NCBI RefSeq assembly: GCF_009914755.1 | Contig: NC_060930.1 | Length of the DNA stretch: 64,000 nt | Direction: 5' to 3' (one strand) | Origin: the human T2T-CHM13v2.0 reference genome, Homo sapiens | Shown: in pieces, positions 1-13,032 of the stretch | How positions within the stretch are numbered: the stretch's first letter is position 1 | Layout of the letters: each line of letters opens with the position of its first letter | Notes under the pieces: model-generated | Seen by the model: the letters and a program-made list of their open reading frames with translations, nothing else | Told to the model about the DNA's origin: nothing | Databases searched by the model: none | Translations under genes and position numbers: made by a program

Positions 1-813
1 AATGTTTCTGAATTTTTACAATTTTCAAAGAAACCTGCATGTAGAAAATATGAGGGTGCTATTCATCAGTCAGAAGACATGTGATTACATCGTGCAGTGC
101 TTAACACATGCACTTTACAGGTCCTCCTACCAGTAGGAGAAGACACCAAGACTCCAGGTCCTCCTTTACAGAAGTCATTGTGGCATCCACAGGGTAGGAA
201 AGCCCCATACTCAGCAGTGAGCAATTTTATACATTTGCAAAGCAAATCTTGTACTAAAAAAAAAAACAAAAAAATGGGGTGGGTTGAGTAACAGTAAACT
301 ATCATAAAATATACATCTGAAAAGAGATTCAGACATACTTTAGAAAAGAATTAAAGTCACAATATATTTGCCACCTCGAATTAAATTCATTTGATTATGG
401 GGTTGGTGACTTCTTTCATTAAGTGATGGGGAAATAGATCAGTTCTATCAAGCACTGCCAGTTTATCACTTACTATCTCAAATCTTTCAGTTAGACACAA
501 ATAGAACTTTGTATGACCTTTGCTAATGGAGAGCAACAGTAGAAAATTATTCATCCCACGTTTTGGGTACTTACTATTAAATATGCTTGTTTGCAATGAC
601 CTAGGAATTCACAACATATGCAAGTACAAAACCTACCTTATTGTGACATCTGGCCTCAGGAAGAGAAAGAACTTGGTGCCAGTGTTCTTTGACTCTTGAC
701 CCATCATAACGGGCTCAGTAACCTCTCCCCTCAGATGATTCCCTGAGACCCACCACAGGGATATCTTCTCTTCTTAGTACCCTCTTCTCTGAGTACCCTC
801 ACCCCTCAAATGA

Positions 814-1247
<434 letters not shown>

Positions 1248-1449
1248 TAAATGTTTTGGTTTATGTAGTAGGACCTGTTATGTATGTTTCAAACATAATG
1301 GCCCCATATAATAGCTTTGAATTTGGATTCCGTTAGAGTTGGAAAAAGAGAAAGTCAGCACTCACTTGCATGTGGGCGCTTTCTTGCTCCCTCTTTCTTT
1401 GTGCCCTCCCCTTCCTCTCTCTACCCCCGCTTTCCACCTCCCTTTCTCT

Positions 1450-2460
1450 CTCTCTCTCAAAGTACCAAGTCCAGTGCTGTATTCTCAGTGCTCATCTTCA
1501 CTGACCTATTAGCATATCTTGGCGGGGTTGCCCACTATCTGCTCCTTAAAGCACTTTGTTCACTTGGTTTTCAGGATACTGAACAGTTCTCCTCCTTCTT
1601 CTCAGTCTCCTTTGCTAGCTGCTGGCCTGCCCCAAGGATCCGTCCTTGGCCTGCTTCTTCTTTCTATCTACACTAGCACTGTTTGCCATCTCATGACTCA
1701 TGATTTTGAATTGGATCCATGTGCTAACAACTCCAAAATTTATTTTTCCTGCCTGGACCTCACTTCTCAACTTCAGACTGCCTACATGATACGTCTGCAT
1801 GGGTGTCTGATCAACATCTTGAACTCAACATGTCTAACACTGATCTCCTGAGCTCCCTCCTCCAAAATATCCCTAGTCCTCCTAAGTTCATCCTCATTTC
1901 AGTTAATGACAACTCCATTTCAAATGCAGAAGCCCAAAACCTATCATCCACGGTTTAGCTTTGTTTTCCCTCCATTATACCCCATTTCCAGTCTGTCATG
2001 CCAGCTCTACTTTCAAGATGTAGCCAGAATGGGACAGCTTCCTACCACCTCTGCTGGTATTGCCTTGGTCCCAGCCTTCCTTATCTCCCATGCGCATTAC
2101 TGCAGGAGCCTCCTAGCAGGCCTCCCTGCCTTGGTCCTGGACTGCCTTCACTCCATTCTCAACATAGTAACCAGAGTGATCCTTTCACTCATGGTGTATC
2201 ATGACACTCCTTCCTTTGAAGTTCTCCGGTAGTTCTTCAATTCACACAGAATAAAGGGCAAAGACCTTACAGTGGCCTTTCCTTCTTCCTCTTTTATTTC
2301 CTGGACCTCATTTCCTAATGCTCTCTCCCTTAATTCCCTTCGCTTCCTCTTAGGAACCTTTGAGTTTATTAATCCCTCTTCTTCAAGACGCTTCCTCAGA
2401 TATCTTCTGGGCCTGCTTCCTCACTTTCTTTGGTTTTTTACCTAAATATTGCTTGTCAGT
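1450..2460 (+). mobile_element. LINE-2 remnant; its probable 3' terminus is at ~5090-5237, beyond nested insertions
   Basis: L2-typical 'cttatctcccatgcgcattactgcaggagcctcctagcaggcctccctgcc'; L2 3' end 'cacctagaacagggcttgacacacagtagaggttcaat...ttgaataaataaa' near 5180-5237. Confidence 0.7.
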
Positions 2461-2493
2461 ACTACCCTTAGATCTGGCAACTGGACCCAGATC

Positions 2494-3168
2494 TGTTGGG
2501 ACAGACAGTTATCTCTGGGTTTGTCAAGTTTCTGCACAACACGTATTCTGATCAAAGGTATGAACAGCTCATTTTCCCTGGACTCTCTTTTCCAGGTATT
2601 TGCATGTCACTCACAGCAATAGCAGTAGCCACAATAACATCATTCTACCAGTTCTCTGAGGCTCAATTCCAAAAGGATGTGACAAGGGGCAGGTATTGCC
2701 TATTAATGCAGTCAGGTGTGTTACAGGAGAGTAACACTGAGGTTAGGAAACACCGAGATTAGGTTGTGTAGGGGCTATTATGTAGCCTAGAAAAATAGAA
2801 ATTTTTCTCTTAGGGGCAGATTTATTTACTATCCAGGATAATAAAGGTGATAAAGACCAGATGTTGGGCAGATTTGCTGGTAGCTCTCATATAAATCGGA
2901 GTTTCCTAATCTCAGTGTTACTCTCCAGTAACACACCAGCCTGCATTAACAAGTAATACCCAGCCCTTGTTACATCATCCTTTTGGAACTGGGGCTCAGA
3001 GAACTAGTACAAGGATGTTTCTCTGGCTACTGCTATTGCTGTGAGTAATAAATTGTCTTTTGTCTATGACCCAGAAGTCTTGTGTCTTCTGCCAATATCC
3101 ATGAAACTGGCAGGCCAATGTCTTGGCTTGCAAGTAGGGTAAAATTCTGACCCTTCTTATTTCTAACA
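2494..3168 (+). mobile_element. ERVL-class solo LTR (LTR40-like) containing an internal inverted duplication
   Basis: Starts TGTTGGGA; has AATAAA and the 3' end 'gcttgcaagtagggtaaaattctgacccttc...aaca'. The same family recurs at 39859-40324. Confidence 0.7.
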
Positions 3169-3467
3169 CCTGTTCAGAGCCTTTGGTTTTAGAGAGCCCC
3201 ACTTTAGCCCTCTTCTAGCTGAGCCTTTGTTTAGAGTGAGCAGCTCGTAGGCTCACCTATAACCTGTGCCTCCTCTTCTAGACCATGTTCTGGTATCTGA
3301 GACTCCAGAATCCCCTTTCCAAACAGCCCTGAGAGTGTTACCAGGCATCCATGAGCCTTTCGTGGGTAGACTATGCTGCCAGAATGTGTATTCCTCATCC
3401 CAAGAGATGACCAAGGGCTGGCTGATTTTGGGGGTGGCAATGAGAGTAGCTTGAACACACAGGCTAG

Positions 3468-3650
3468 GAAACTAGTTCTCAGGTGTGATTCCTCGACCAG
3501 CATCATTAGCTTCACCTGGGAACTTGTTAGAAATGCAGATTCTTAGGCCCCACCCATTTCTGTTTCTACCAAATCGGAAACTTTGAGAATGAGCCATTTG
3601 TGTTTTAACATGCACTCTAGGAGATTCTGATGCCCACTTATGTTTGATGA
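3468..3650. mobile_element. MER5A (hAT-Charlie MITE)
   Basis: 'cacctgggaacttgttagaaatgcagattcttaggccccaccc...ttttaaca...gattctgatgc'. Confidence 0.8.
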
Positions 3651-3713
3651 TATGATGTACACTCAACAGACTAGGTTATCCACATACATGTGCATAAGGC
3701 GCCTATCAATGCT

Positions 3714-4292
3714 TGTGGCAGACAGACCCTAAGGTGACCCCCAGTGATTTCCAGCTTCTGTTATTGATATTCTTGTATAATTTCCCTAGTTAGAGCATGG
3801 GCAAGACAGTAACTTGCTTCCAAACAACAGAATATGACAAACTGATGGGATGTAACTCCCATGATTACATTACATTAATAAGACTTCGTTTTAGCAGACT
3901 GGAGCTGAGGCCCTCCTTGTGGGTCGATGAAGTAAACAGTCGAGTTGGAGAAACCCACATGGCCAGGAACTGTGGGCAGCTTCTAGAAACTGGGTGTCTT
4001 TTAGGACATAAGGAAGGCAACAAAAACCTGGTTCTTTAGTTTTGTGCCTCCAGAAAGTGAGTTCTGCCAACAGTCTGCATGAGCCTTGAAACAGTTCTCC
4101 TCTGGTCCAGCCTCTAGATGAGAGTGCAGTATGGCCGACACTTTGACTGCAGCTTCATGAGACCCTGGGCAGAGGACCCAGCTAAGCTGTGCCTGGATTT
4201 CTGATCCACAGAAACTCTGAGATAATAAATATGTGTTGTTTTAAGCAGCTAACTCTGTGGTCATTTGTTATGCTGCATTTGAAAGCTAACAC
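3714..4292 (+). mobile_element. MaLR LTR (MLT1E/F-like)
   Basis: TGTGGCAG start; end 'gacccagctaagctgtgcctggatttctgatccacagaaactctgagataataaat...gctaacaca'. Confidence 0.8.
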
Positions 4293-4415
4293 AGGGCAGG
4301 GCTCCGTGTGAGAGGAGAGGATGGGATGTATATTTTTTTTTGTGCTCTTGCCTTGCCTTGGGTTCTGCAAGTGTTGGTGATGGTCTGTCACGGCCCTTCT
4401 ATTTAAAACGGTACC

Positions 4416-4729
<314 letters not shown>

Positions 4730-4867
4730 AGACAGAGTCTTTCTCGTCACCCAGACTAGAGTGCAGTGGTGCAATCCTGCTAGTGTTAAACTTCTGGCCT
4801 CATATGATCCTCCCATGGCAGCCTCCCAAAGTATTGGGATTATAGGCATTAGCCACCACACCTGGCC
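4730..4867 (-). mobile_element. Old Alu monomer (AluJ/FLAM-like)
   Basis: 'agacagagtct...gagtgcagtgg...gcctcccaaagtattgggattataggcattagccaccacacctggcc'. Confidence 0.85.
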
Positions 4868-4875
4868 TGGATTTT

Positions 4876-4927
4876 TGTGTGTGTGTGTGTGTGTGTTTTT
4901 TTTTAGCAGCTATTTCCCTCTTTCATG

Positions 4928-4975
<48 letters not shown>

Positions 4976-5090
4976 TACTATATGGCATGAAATTAGGTAT
5001 ATATATACAATTATATATATAAATATATATAATTATATATATATAACTATATAATAAACTATATAATAAATTAGGTATATATATATATTT
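4876..5090. repeat. (TG)10, (TA)20 and a degenerate TA-rich tract
   Basis: (TG) at 4876-4895 and (TA) at 4929-4968; 'aaattaggtatatatata' occurs twice. Confidence 0.95.
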
Positions 5091-6359
5091 ATTTTCTTCA
5101 TTGTCTCTTCCCACTCCTTCTAAATGTAAGTTCTACAGGCCCAAGATATTTTGCTGTTGGTCACTGCTTACTCTCCAGCACCTAGAACAGGGCTTGACAC
5201 ACAGTAGAGGTTCAATCAGAATTTATTGAATAAATAAAGTAAGCTATAATGTTTTTGAAAGTCTACTGGCTCCTGGTAAATGCTCCACTGAAATCAACAG
5301 GTTTTTCCTACTGTCTTTCCTTATTATTAGGTAATTGCATGAATGATAAAAATAAATGAGAAGGAAATAATTTCAACAAAGGAGTAAGCAAATGAAAAAA
5401 TGTACTTCATTCCCTGCCCTTCCCCCATTAAAAATAATACATTGACTCTGGGTTTGCTGTTTTTACAAGACCAATTGGTTTATCGATCAATATTGCAATT
5501 GAATGTAACCCTTAATTTCTATCAGCCTGTCTCTTCTCACTCCCTGGTGGCCTGGCTGCTGTGTGTTTGTGTGTGTGTGAGCACATGTTCACAGAAGGAA
5601 TCCAAGAGGAAGAAAAGTCCAACTTCCTATAAATCTGTGCCCCATTTTCCTTTCTCTCTTTTCTTAATTACAAGGCTGTTTCTGGCTCAATCATTTAAGC
5701 CAAAGAACTTTCCGCTTTGAGTCAGGCACACGGTCCAAGGAATGGTTTATAGAGCAGCTTGGTTGTCCTCCCTATTGTAAATCTAAATTTTTGTCTGGGT
5801 AATTGTTTTCTGTTGTTCTCTGCCATTTTTCTCTTGATTAAACCCTTTGGAGAGGCAGCCTGATGCAGAGAGTGCCCTGGCCCAAGAGCCAGGAGGTGCA
5901 GCTTCTGATCTTGGTTTCACCACCACTCTGCCACTCCCTTCTCAGGTCCTCTGTTTGCTCACCTCTTTCTTACCCAAGAGGGTTGGATTAGTCGCCCTTG
6001 GAGATCCTGCCCAGCTCGTTCTTAAGAAGCCTGTTTAAACTCCTTCAATAGGTGATGCTTTTTAAATATATATATATGCGTACATACATATATACAAATA
6101 CATGTATTAAGCTATTCCTTAAACTATGTTTGCTTTTTTATTTCCTATGAGGAAAGTCTGCAGTCAAGTTAGATATTTTCATTTTTTTAAGTAAGTCCTA
6201 AAATGCTATTCTAGATGCTGATACTTCTCGTTTAAAGAATGACTCTGCATACTCACATAAGTAATTTCTCCAATCTGAGATGACTGTGGTCATACAGAAG
6301 GAAGTCAGGATGAAGAACACAGAAGAAAGCAAACTAAAGGGCCTGTCACATAAAGGGAT

Positions 6360-6570
6360 CCTAGTCTAGTGACAAAGAGCCTACATGTTGTCACAAAGAT
6401 TTGGATTCATTTCCCAGTGCAGTCCCTTATTAGCGATGTGACCTTTAACTTCCTCAAGTCTCAGTTTGCTCATCTACAAAATGGTGGAAATGGGGGGCCC
6501 TCGATGGATCTTGTGATGATTGAGTGGCATGATGCAGATGAATTGCTTATGACTGTGCTTGGGTACTATT
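6360..6570 (+). mobile_element. MIR
   Basis: MIR core 'tgtgacctttaacttcctcaagtctcagtttgctcatctacaaaatgg'. Confidence 0.7.
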
Positions 6571-7479
6571 ATGGCAATGAAAGAGAAAAGCGAGATTCAT
6601 TTATCAATTTCTCATGAAATATGCATTTAATATCCCCTGTGCTGGGCCCTAAAGTAGGCACTAGTGAAACAGACACGAAAGAACCAAAGTCCTTTCCTTT
6701 GTGAGTTTACCACCCTATTTTCGTTATAGCAGTTAGGTGTCAAGTAACTATTTTTAATGCATTCTTTTACCCAAAAATTTGTTGTACTTTTGTATGCTAC
6801 CTACCACAAAGTTAAAAATAGCTTTCTGGAGCTAAGGAAAGATGAGTAGGTTGAAGATAGAAATAAATATGTAAGTTGACGGAATTTGGCTATCTGGCCT
6901 GCATGCAAATCTGAAGCATCAATTGTACCTACTAAAAAAGACCGAAATTTTGCTAATGAGACAATAAATGTTTTAAATGGTTGCTGCTTTTGGTCCTTCT
7001 TTATTTACTAGGATGAAAGCTTAAAGATTTGCATAGCAGATATACAAAGCAATGTTCATTGTTTGGTTACATTTTGAGGAAGAACAGGTTAAATGTTTTG
7101 CTTACATTTGCATTGCTGCTTTCAAAATAACTTAGTAGAGCATTGGGGAAAATGCCAGCAGTGCTTACCTCTTCAGTTAGCAGATCCTATTTCCGGTCTC
7201 TTGTGGCTTGGATGTTGATGATAACAAGACAGGCTTGCTGAAAGGAGTGCAAAGTGCATGGGGAAGGGTGCATGTCCTCCATGGCAGGACTTTGACAATC
7301 CTGGTGTCTGTTGCTTAACACCATGCTTCAGACCTCTAACTGATCTGATTTCAGCTCTTGCCATTTTAGGTATTTCAAAAAATAAGGCACAAAATGAAAG
7401 CTTTTAATATGTTTGTGTTTATTTACATATATATGTGTGTGTGTGTGTATCCTATCATTATCTATCACCTTTACTCTGC

Positions 7480-7690
7480 CTTATTTTTCTTCACAAACTA
7501 TGACATTTTATATTATGCATAATCATTTACTTTTTCTCCTAGCTAGCATTTAAGCTCCTTGAGGGCAGGGGCTTTGATTGTTTTCTTTATTGCCGTATCC
7601 CCATATCTAAAACAATGACTGTTCATGGAGAGCACTCTATAAATACATGCGGGGAAAACAATGAATGAATGAATAAATGAATGAATAGTA
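7480..7690 (+). mobile_element. L2 3' end
   Basis: 'taagctccttgagggcagggg...atgaatgaatgaataaatgaatgaa'. Confidence 0.75.
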
Positions 7691-9169
7691 TTGAGTGCAT
7701 ATAGCATTATATCCAACCAAGCAGGTGGTAGCAGCATGGACGTTTCAACTTTTATAAGAAATGAATAGTTTAAAAATTTTATAAATTATTTTAAAAGCTC
7801 CTAAAATTAAAGAAATGCTAGGGTGATAGAATTTTCAGTACTCTACCACTGGTATTAAATGTTGTTCCCAACACTGAAATCCTGAAGACAATTTTAAGCT
7901 TAAGAGTCCAAGTGTGTCAACATAAAGATAGAATCTAGGGTAGAACTAAGTTACCCTTCTTAAGAAAGAGAGGAAGGGGAAAATATGGGAACTGGGGAGG
8001 AAATTATTCACAAAGAGTGAGCTCCAGAAGGAAAAATAAATAGGGAGAGAGGACAATATGCCTGGAGGCTGGAGAGATAAACATAGGACAAGAGATGCTT
8101 CTAATGTTTTCCCAGGAAATGCTATAAACCAACTCCTAGCTTCCCCTATGAAATGATTAGTAAATTCTGCATTGCTCATTCAAACTTTTATGGGATTAGA
8201 GTTTTGTTATGGGAGAGGTTAAAAGGAAAGAGGTCACTGGACAGCTGATGTATATTTTACAAAGAAATAGGTATTCATTTTCTCCCTGTCTCCACTAAAC
8301 AAATATTGAGGAAATTCTTACAGACTATCAGCATGAGATATGCAGCTGAGCCATATGTTTTGAGTGTCCCTGTTCTTCTGCTGTCTTGATTTGGAGGTTC
8401 CAACATACTAGAAGAGATGAAAGGGGACAATGTAGCCGAATCCCATGGGGATGATCTCTTAGATTGCCATGGACTCTTAAGCTTAAAATTGCCTTCAGGG
8501 TGATTTTCAGGGTGATCACAGACCTTGGATTGGCAACACCTGTTCAAATTATTTTAACCTGGCAAATCAAAGCCTCATTTATAGAAATAAAAATGACAAT
8601 AATTTGGTGGCATTTTCTTTTATAATGCACATGTGGCCTGCTCTACTTAGCTAGTTCATCGAGATTTATGAGAAAACATGTCCGTATTCTTGTTGCTTAA
8701 AAACATTATTCTGCATGTTGCAAGTAGTTACTGAACTCAACTTGTAAAAGGCTGATTTCCTTCCCTGAATGTGCCATCTCCCCAAGTCCTCACTTATAGC
8801 CTGCTAGGGTTTGAAATATTGATGAGTACAAATCCATTCATCTCCAAATTTCAGTGGCCTTTCAATGGAGAGTATTTTTAGCTTTGTTGAGAATTTGGGG
8901 CAGAGGAAATCACTTTCAGAAATAGCAGATTATTCTTTTAGTTTTGTAGAACTCGAGATGGAATCTGTAAAATGAATCTTTGAGTCCTTGCTGGCCTTAT
9001 ACTAATACAGTAGTATAAGATCATTTCTGTGTAAGTAACTGAGAGAGTAATTTAAGAGCGTATCCTTTCTGCAGAATCTAATCTTAATACAAATAGATGT
9101 TAAAATTCCGATAATCAACTGTTTAGGTCCTGTGTGAATACTATCATATATTATTAAACTATCTCTGGC

Positions 9170-9500
<331 letters not shown>

Positions 9501-10756
9501 TTAATGGATACAGTAACGGCTGCTACTTAGCTTTTTGAGTTTTGAGATACATTCACCCGTACATTGGTGAAGTCCACTCTTGATCAGACTTGATGGCTAG
9601 CTCATCATTGGCCATTTTCTCAGATTTCTAATCTTCCAAACCCGTTTTCTACGTTCCCTAATTTAGAGCACTTGCTCAGCTGGTTTTGTCCACCTGCACT
9701 GCTGTTACCCTCATTTCAGCTTGTCAGATCTCACCCATATTGTTGACAGTGAACTCCTGATTTTTCCCCTGGAAGTCATCCTCCTTTTTTTTCTCAACTC
9801 TCACAGCATTTTTAATCTTTTTAATGTCCTTAAAAAGCAGCATCATAATTTAGAGTTGGAGAGGACTTAATGAATGTTCTAATACAATCTCCACATTTTG
9901 TAGCTGTAAGCACTTGAGGGATGAGGAGATTGGCCTGAGCTAGTATCTTATACATGGGAAAACCAGAAAAAGAACTGAGGTTTTCTTACTACAGCCCTGT
10001 GATCCTTTCTCTGTATTATCAGCCCTTCACCTTCTGCAGCACATTGCAGTTATTCATCCATATGTCTTATTGAAGAGACTGTTTAGAGGCTTATTTTTAA
10101 TTAAAAAGTTAACATTTTTAAATTAAAGTTTCAGGTTTAGAAAATTTCCACTTTTAAGTGAAGCTTGCAAGTGTTATATTATTTATAAAATTAACAAACC
10201 ATTACTTTTAAAGCGACTTTGATAAATATGATATTTAAATAGTATGATATTAACTGATATACACATTCAATTAATATACTCAATTTCATATTTAAGCACT
10301 TCAATTTTCTATTTGACTAGCCTTCCTAAGTACTTAAATCTTATAAATTTAAAAGCTAAGTATATAAAAAGTGAATCTAAAAATTCTCTTTAGCTGTTTC
10401 AATATTACTTACAAATTTAGTAACATTTCCACTTAAAAATCCCAAGTTTAAGCCATTAACCAAATTAAACATTTAAAATTATAATTATAAGCCTGATAGT
10501 CTCTCAATAGACCATATTCTTTCGATCATAATATAAAATAACAAATATTCAAGTGCCTTGTCACAAAACGACTAGTTCTATGATTTTGCTTTATTTATTT
10601 CTTCATTCAATAATTATCTAAAATATACCTGTGTGCCAGGCAATACTCTAGGCTCTAGATAAACATTAGCAAACAAAATAAAAATTTCTATTCTTGTGAG
10701 GCTCAAATTCTAAGGAAGGGGCAAATAGTAAGCAACATAAATTAGTAAAAAACATA

Positions 10757-11092
<336 letters not shown>

Positions 11093-12958
11093 TTGGGTAA
11101 ATGTTAAAGAAAAAATCAATGAAGGCAGGATGTGAAATGTGAGGGATGGGTGGAATGGTGGTTGCAGATGATGCTACCTTTTTCTAGGATTAATACTCTG
11201 CACAAAGACCTTATTAATTAATTTAGGCTACTTCCCAATAGAGAGGTGTTACATTCTGAGTACACTTGAGGTTGTACAAGGACTGGAGATTTGGCTTGTT
11301 ATGTTGACTGGATTCCCACTGGTGACTCTGGTGAATACTCTGAACTTATTATTGTTTGTCCACAACTCCCTGACTTCCAAAAGGAAACTTGTAGCCCTAC
11401 ATTATTTGATTGGATTTTGTATGTCTTTGGCTCTTAAAATAATGTAAACAGACTTCCCACCCAAGTGGAACTACCTTTGACACAGCCCTGAAGTCCTTCA
11501 GATTCTTCAGACCACTCAGTCTTAACAGACATATCTGGCTGAATTCTGGGCATCCCTCTTGGTTTTGTCCTGAAATGTGGACACAATTTTCCCAGTCACT
11601 TTCCTGATTAATTTTAGCTCTCCAAGAGGATGGAGAACTTCAAGAGGACAAATACTATTATGTCTTAGCTCTGTTTTGTTTCTCATTTATTACTGTGTCC
11701 TGCAGAACACAATGGGTTTACCCAAGTAGTCCCTCAATACATGTTGTTTAAAGCAGAATAGTGCAGCTCAATGACATAGGGTCATGTCCCACTCAGCCTC
11801 TTGGTTGCAGGCAACTGCTCAAAAACTGGACTTCCTCAAGTGTGAAAAGGAATTATAAGAATCCCTATGTGTCCCAAAGCACTGTCTAAACTAAGAACCA
11901 CTCTATGAATGCTAGTTTTCCTTACTATTAATGGTTTAATGCTTATTTTAAAAATCCCTCAAAGCATTTCACAAGCAGATAGTCCCTTTCCCTTTGTATT
12001 TAGGCTTCAGGATAATATGAGCGGTACCACTGTTTTATTTTTACAATACTGATCATTTTATCATGCCTGTTGTATATTCAGGTGTAAGTTCTTTTTCACA
12101 GGATAGCTTCAATATGTCAGGATGAACTTTCATTTATTTATTTTCATTCAATAGAACTAACTAAATTCTTTTTCTGTTCATTCAGTTATCCCACTCTAAA
12201 TACCAGGGTTCTCTTTATAGATGGAAATGTGAAGAAGGCAGCTCTTACTTAAAGGGAGTTTTTTTCTGCTCTCATGCACTATACCATTATTTGGGCATTC
12301 TAAGGAAAATTCAGGAGTGGTTTTTTAAGAGGGCTGTGTTGCTCTGGGGAGCATCATCTTGACAATCTTGTTAAGGGAGGGTGTTTGAAAGCCACTTCAA
12401 CTAGAAAACTTACTTTCTACCTGGAGTCTGAGTGCACCTGTATCCATCACTGGACGGAACTCTGATGCTGTCCTGACAATGCCCTTTCATGACCTTAACC
12501 TGTGGCTCTGGTCATCACTGTTCCTCAGTTCTCACTCTATCACATGGGTAACTGTTGTACTCAGAGGCTTTGGGAGTCCTCAAGTGTCTCACTTTCCCTC
12601 TGTCATTTTAAAAACTGCTGCACAGCCCTTGTTTATTTCTATGTAATTATTACTTCATCATATATGATGTTATAAGCCAATTTGATTCTTTTTTGGGGAG
12701 AAGGTGGAAGGGAAGGAAGATAGGAAAAGAAAGTCAGGCTCGTACTATTACATTTTCACAGATTTATTTGAAATTGAGTCTTTCCCAGAATTATCTACCA
12801 CCTCTTATGGTCAGTTTGACACAGTTAATGCCAAGCACAGTTTATAACTTTTTAAAATTGATCAAAAATTACCCTAACTTTGAAGGTCCTGAAATTACTG
12901 ACACATATAAGAATTTGCAAATTAAATGTGGCACACAGTTTTTAAATATACATTTACC

Positions 12959-12976
12959 ATACACACACACACATAT

Positions 12977-13011
<35 letters not shown>

Positions 13012-13032
13012 TCACACACACACAGAGAGGGA
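12959..13032. repeat. Compound (CA)n(TA)n(CA)n microsatellite
   Basis: Read directly from the sequence. Confidence 0.95.

Noticed and set aside
5587-5601. 15-mer TGTTCACAGAAGGAA shared with 35678
   Set aside because: The flanks do not align; one or two shared 15-mers are expected by chance in a window this size.
12809-12821. One-mismatch ERE GGTCAgttTGACA
   Set aside because: About two such matches are expected by chance in 64 kb, and there is no supporting context.
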